A stretch of DNA of 64,000 bases from assembly GCA_951406725.2 (NCBI GenBank), contig OX597814.1, forward strand, positions 127,100,001 through 127,164,000, given 5' to 3'. This stretch comes from Octopus vulgaris. Lineage: Eukaryota. Both the position numbers and the translations under genes were made by a program. The notes under the pieces are model-generated. The model was not told the origin of the DNA. It did no database searches and saw only the letters and a list, made by a program, of their open reading frames with translations. This document shows, one piece after another, positions 62,036 to 64,000 of the stretch (position 1 is the stretch's first letter; the number at the start of each line of letters is the position of its first letter).

Positions 62036-63094
62036 AGTCATTATAGAGGAAATAGTGATATATATAGTCCAAATAATCAAAGATGTAATTTATAGCAAAA
62101 GTAGGTTTGTAATTGAACATGGAACTTTGGATCCTATAAATTTGATTTAGCAAGGAGATGCTCTATAGAACATATACAATTTTACTTTGCATGACAGAGT
62201 ATACTTTTATGCCCTATTTTAGGCAAAAAGATAGTGAGGAATAACTTTACATCACTTCTTTTCATTACTATCTTTCAAGCTTTGCTATCAAAATTCAATG
62301 CTGAGTATCTATTGAAGTTGCTTAATGTTGATGAGATGGTTGTTATTGGAGCATAGTGAATTTGAAATCTAGATAAGTTGTGAAATTAATTAATGATTAG
62401 ATCCACAGAAATGCAATAGCATTAGGGATTTAGTGACAATCAGCACATAAGGTGGTAGGCTCATATTGTGTGATATCAGTTGCAGTAACAGGGAAGAAAG
62501 AGATGCACTTATATGACTGTCTAAAATGCCATATACTGAAGTTTATAGATCGCCCAGCGATATTTATTGAGGTAGAAGAAAGGTATTATTACCTCAGTAA
62601 CTTGGACAAGTATGATGTGCAACCCAGTGGTATATAATAACTGAAGTTAAGGAAACTAAAGAAGGGCATATCTCGTCATTTACTTTAACTGCTGTACCAT
62701 TACAGCAGTTAAGGTTAAATGAGACTGGATAGTGAAACATGGAGGAAAGCATTGCAGTTGAGAGATCAACCTAATGGCATAGCCTCATGAAAGGTGCTGT
62801 AGCATCTGAGTAAACCAGGATCAGATAAGCTGAGCAGAAGAGAAAGTTATGAAAGTAGAGAGTCACAAATGCATTAGTATAGAGTTCCAAACGTATTTGT
62901 CCAATATACAACATTCTTGTCAGCCTTTTATGGAAATAAATTAATGTAAACGATATAAAACCCACACAAATTCCACCCCACTCCTTAACTAGATTTCTGT
63001 ACAAAAAGTTATTACTTTTTTTTTGTGTTGACTGTTTTTACTTAATTCTGGAAGAAAAATCTATAACTACCTTATCGATATTACAGCATTTATT

Positions 63095-63625
63095 CATCAT
63101 CGTTGTTTAACGTCTGTTTTCCATGCTGGCATGGGTTGGACGGTTTGACTGAAGACTGGCAAGCCAGTAGGCTGTACCAGGTTCCAATATGATCTGGCAA
63201 GGTTTCTACAGCAGGATGCCCTTCCTAATGCCAACCACTCCGAGAGTGTAGTGCGTGCTTTTTATGTGCCACTGGCATGGGAGCCAGTTAGGCAGCACTA
63301 GTATTGACCTTGTTCGGATGGTGTTTTTTACATGCCACCGGCACAGGAGCAAGTAGGTGGGGCACTGGTATCGACCATGTTTGGATGGTGCTTTTTACGT
63401 GCCACTGGCATCGACCCACACTTGAATGGCGCTTATTACATGCCACCAGCACGAGTGCCAGTCAACCGGCACTGGCATCAGCCACAACCACAATTTCCAT
63501 TTTGATTTCTATTTTATTTGACTCAATAGGTCTTCTCAAGCATAGCGTATCGTCCGACGATTCAGGGGTACTTTTAAATGGGCTGGTTATGCCATACCTG
63601 GTATCAACCATGGCTATGATCTCAC
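63095..63625 (-). repeat. RTE 3'-tail repeat with about 4 tandem units
   Basis: Tail plus ggtgctttttacgtgccactggca units and the upstream 3'-UTR segment. Confidence 0.9.
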
Positions 63626-64000
63626 TTTTCTTACTGGGTCATTGGCCAAGATTCAATTTCACTTGACTGGACAGATTTTTGTTGACTGGAATGAAACAGT
63701 AAAATATGCACTTAACAAAATATAGATGGGGACGACTGACTTCAAGATATTTGAATGTAGCACCATTTAACAGTAGTAAGCTACTGGGGAAATTTCTTAA
63801 TCATCTTGTGAGCAGACACCCTGTGGCCATTTGGGATTCTTTTTGGAACGTGTTCATTTATTAACAGCTCAGTTTTAATGTTACATGGCTTTCATTTTGT
63901 ACTAAATGCAAGAACATTTGGAAAACGAACGTCTTGACATGATTACCAAGATTATTGAATACATGACATTTTTTACGGGTACTACGTGAAACTTATGCTT

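Overview
AT-rich, repeat-dense eukaryotic DNA. The repeat families and microsatellite content look like a cephalopod (Octopus-like) genome, which is an inference. The main feature is one complete + strand gene, CNEP1R1/TMEM188 (Spo7-like regulatory subunit of the CTDNEP1 lipin phosphatase). Its five coding exons (5328-5349, 48436-48507, 51135-51318, 53739-53793, 56303-56344) give 124 aa spread over about 51 kb, with a 43-kb first intron. Intron 3 is a clear U12-type (minor spliceosome) GT-AG intron. Intron 1 holds two phase-compatible extra exon candidates: a 24-nt microexon and an alternative first coding exon. A likely divergent first exon lies about 200 bp upstream on the - strand. The rest is mostly decayed mobile DNA: two RTE LINEs and about 25-30 copies of their structured 3' tail, two mariner remnants, a pogo/Tigger remnant, hAT MITEs, CR1/Jockey-like fragments, tRNA-derived SINEs, foldback palindromes, and a Penelope-like GIY-YIG element whose inverted arms carry a type I hammerhead ribozyme motif. 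Repeat coordinates are approximate; exon coordinates were counted by hand.
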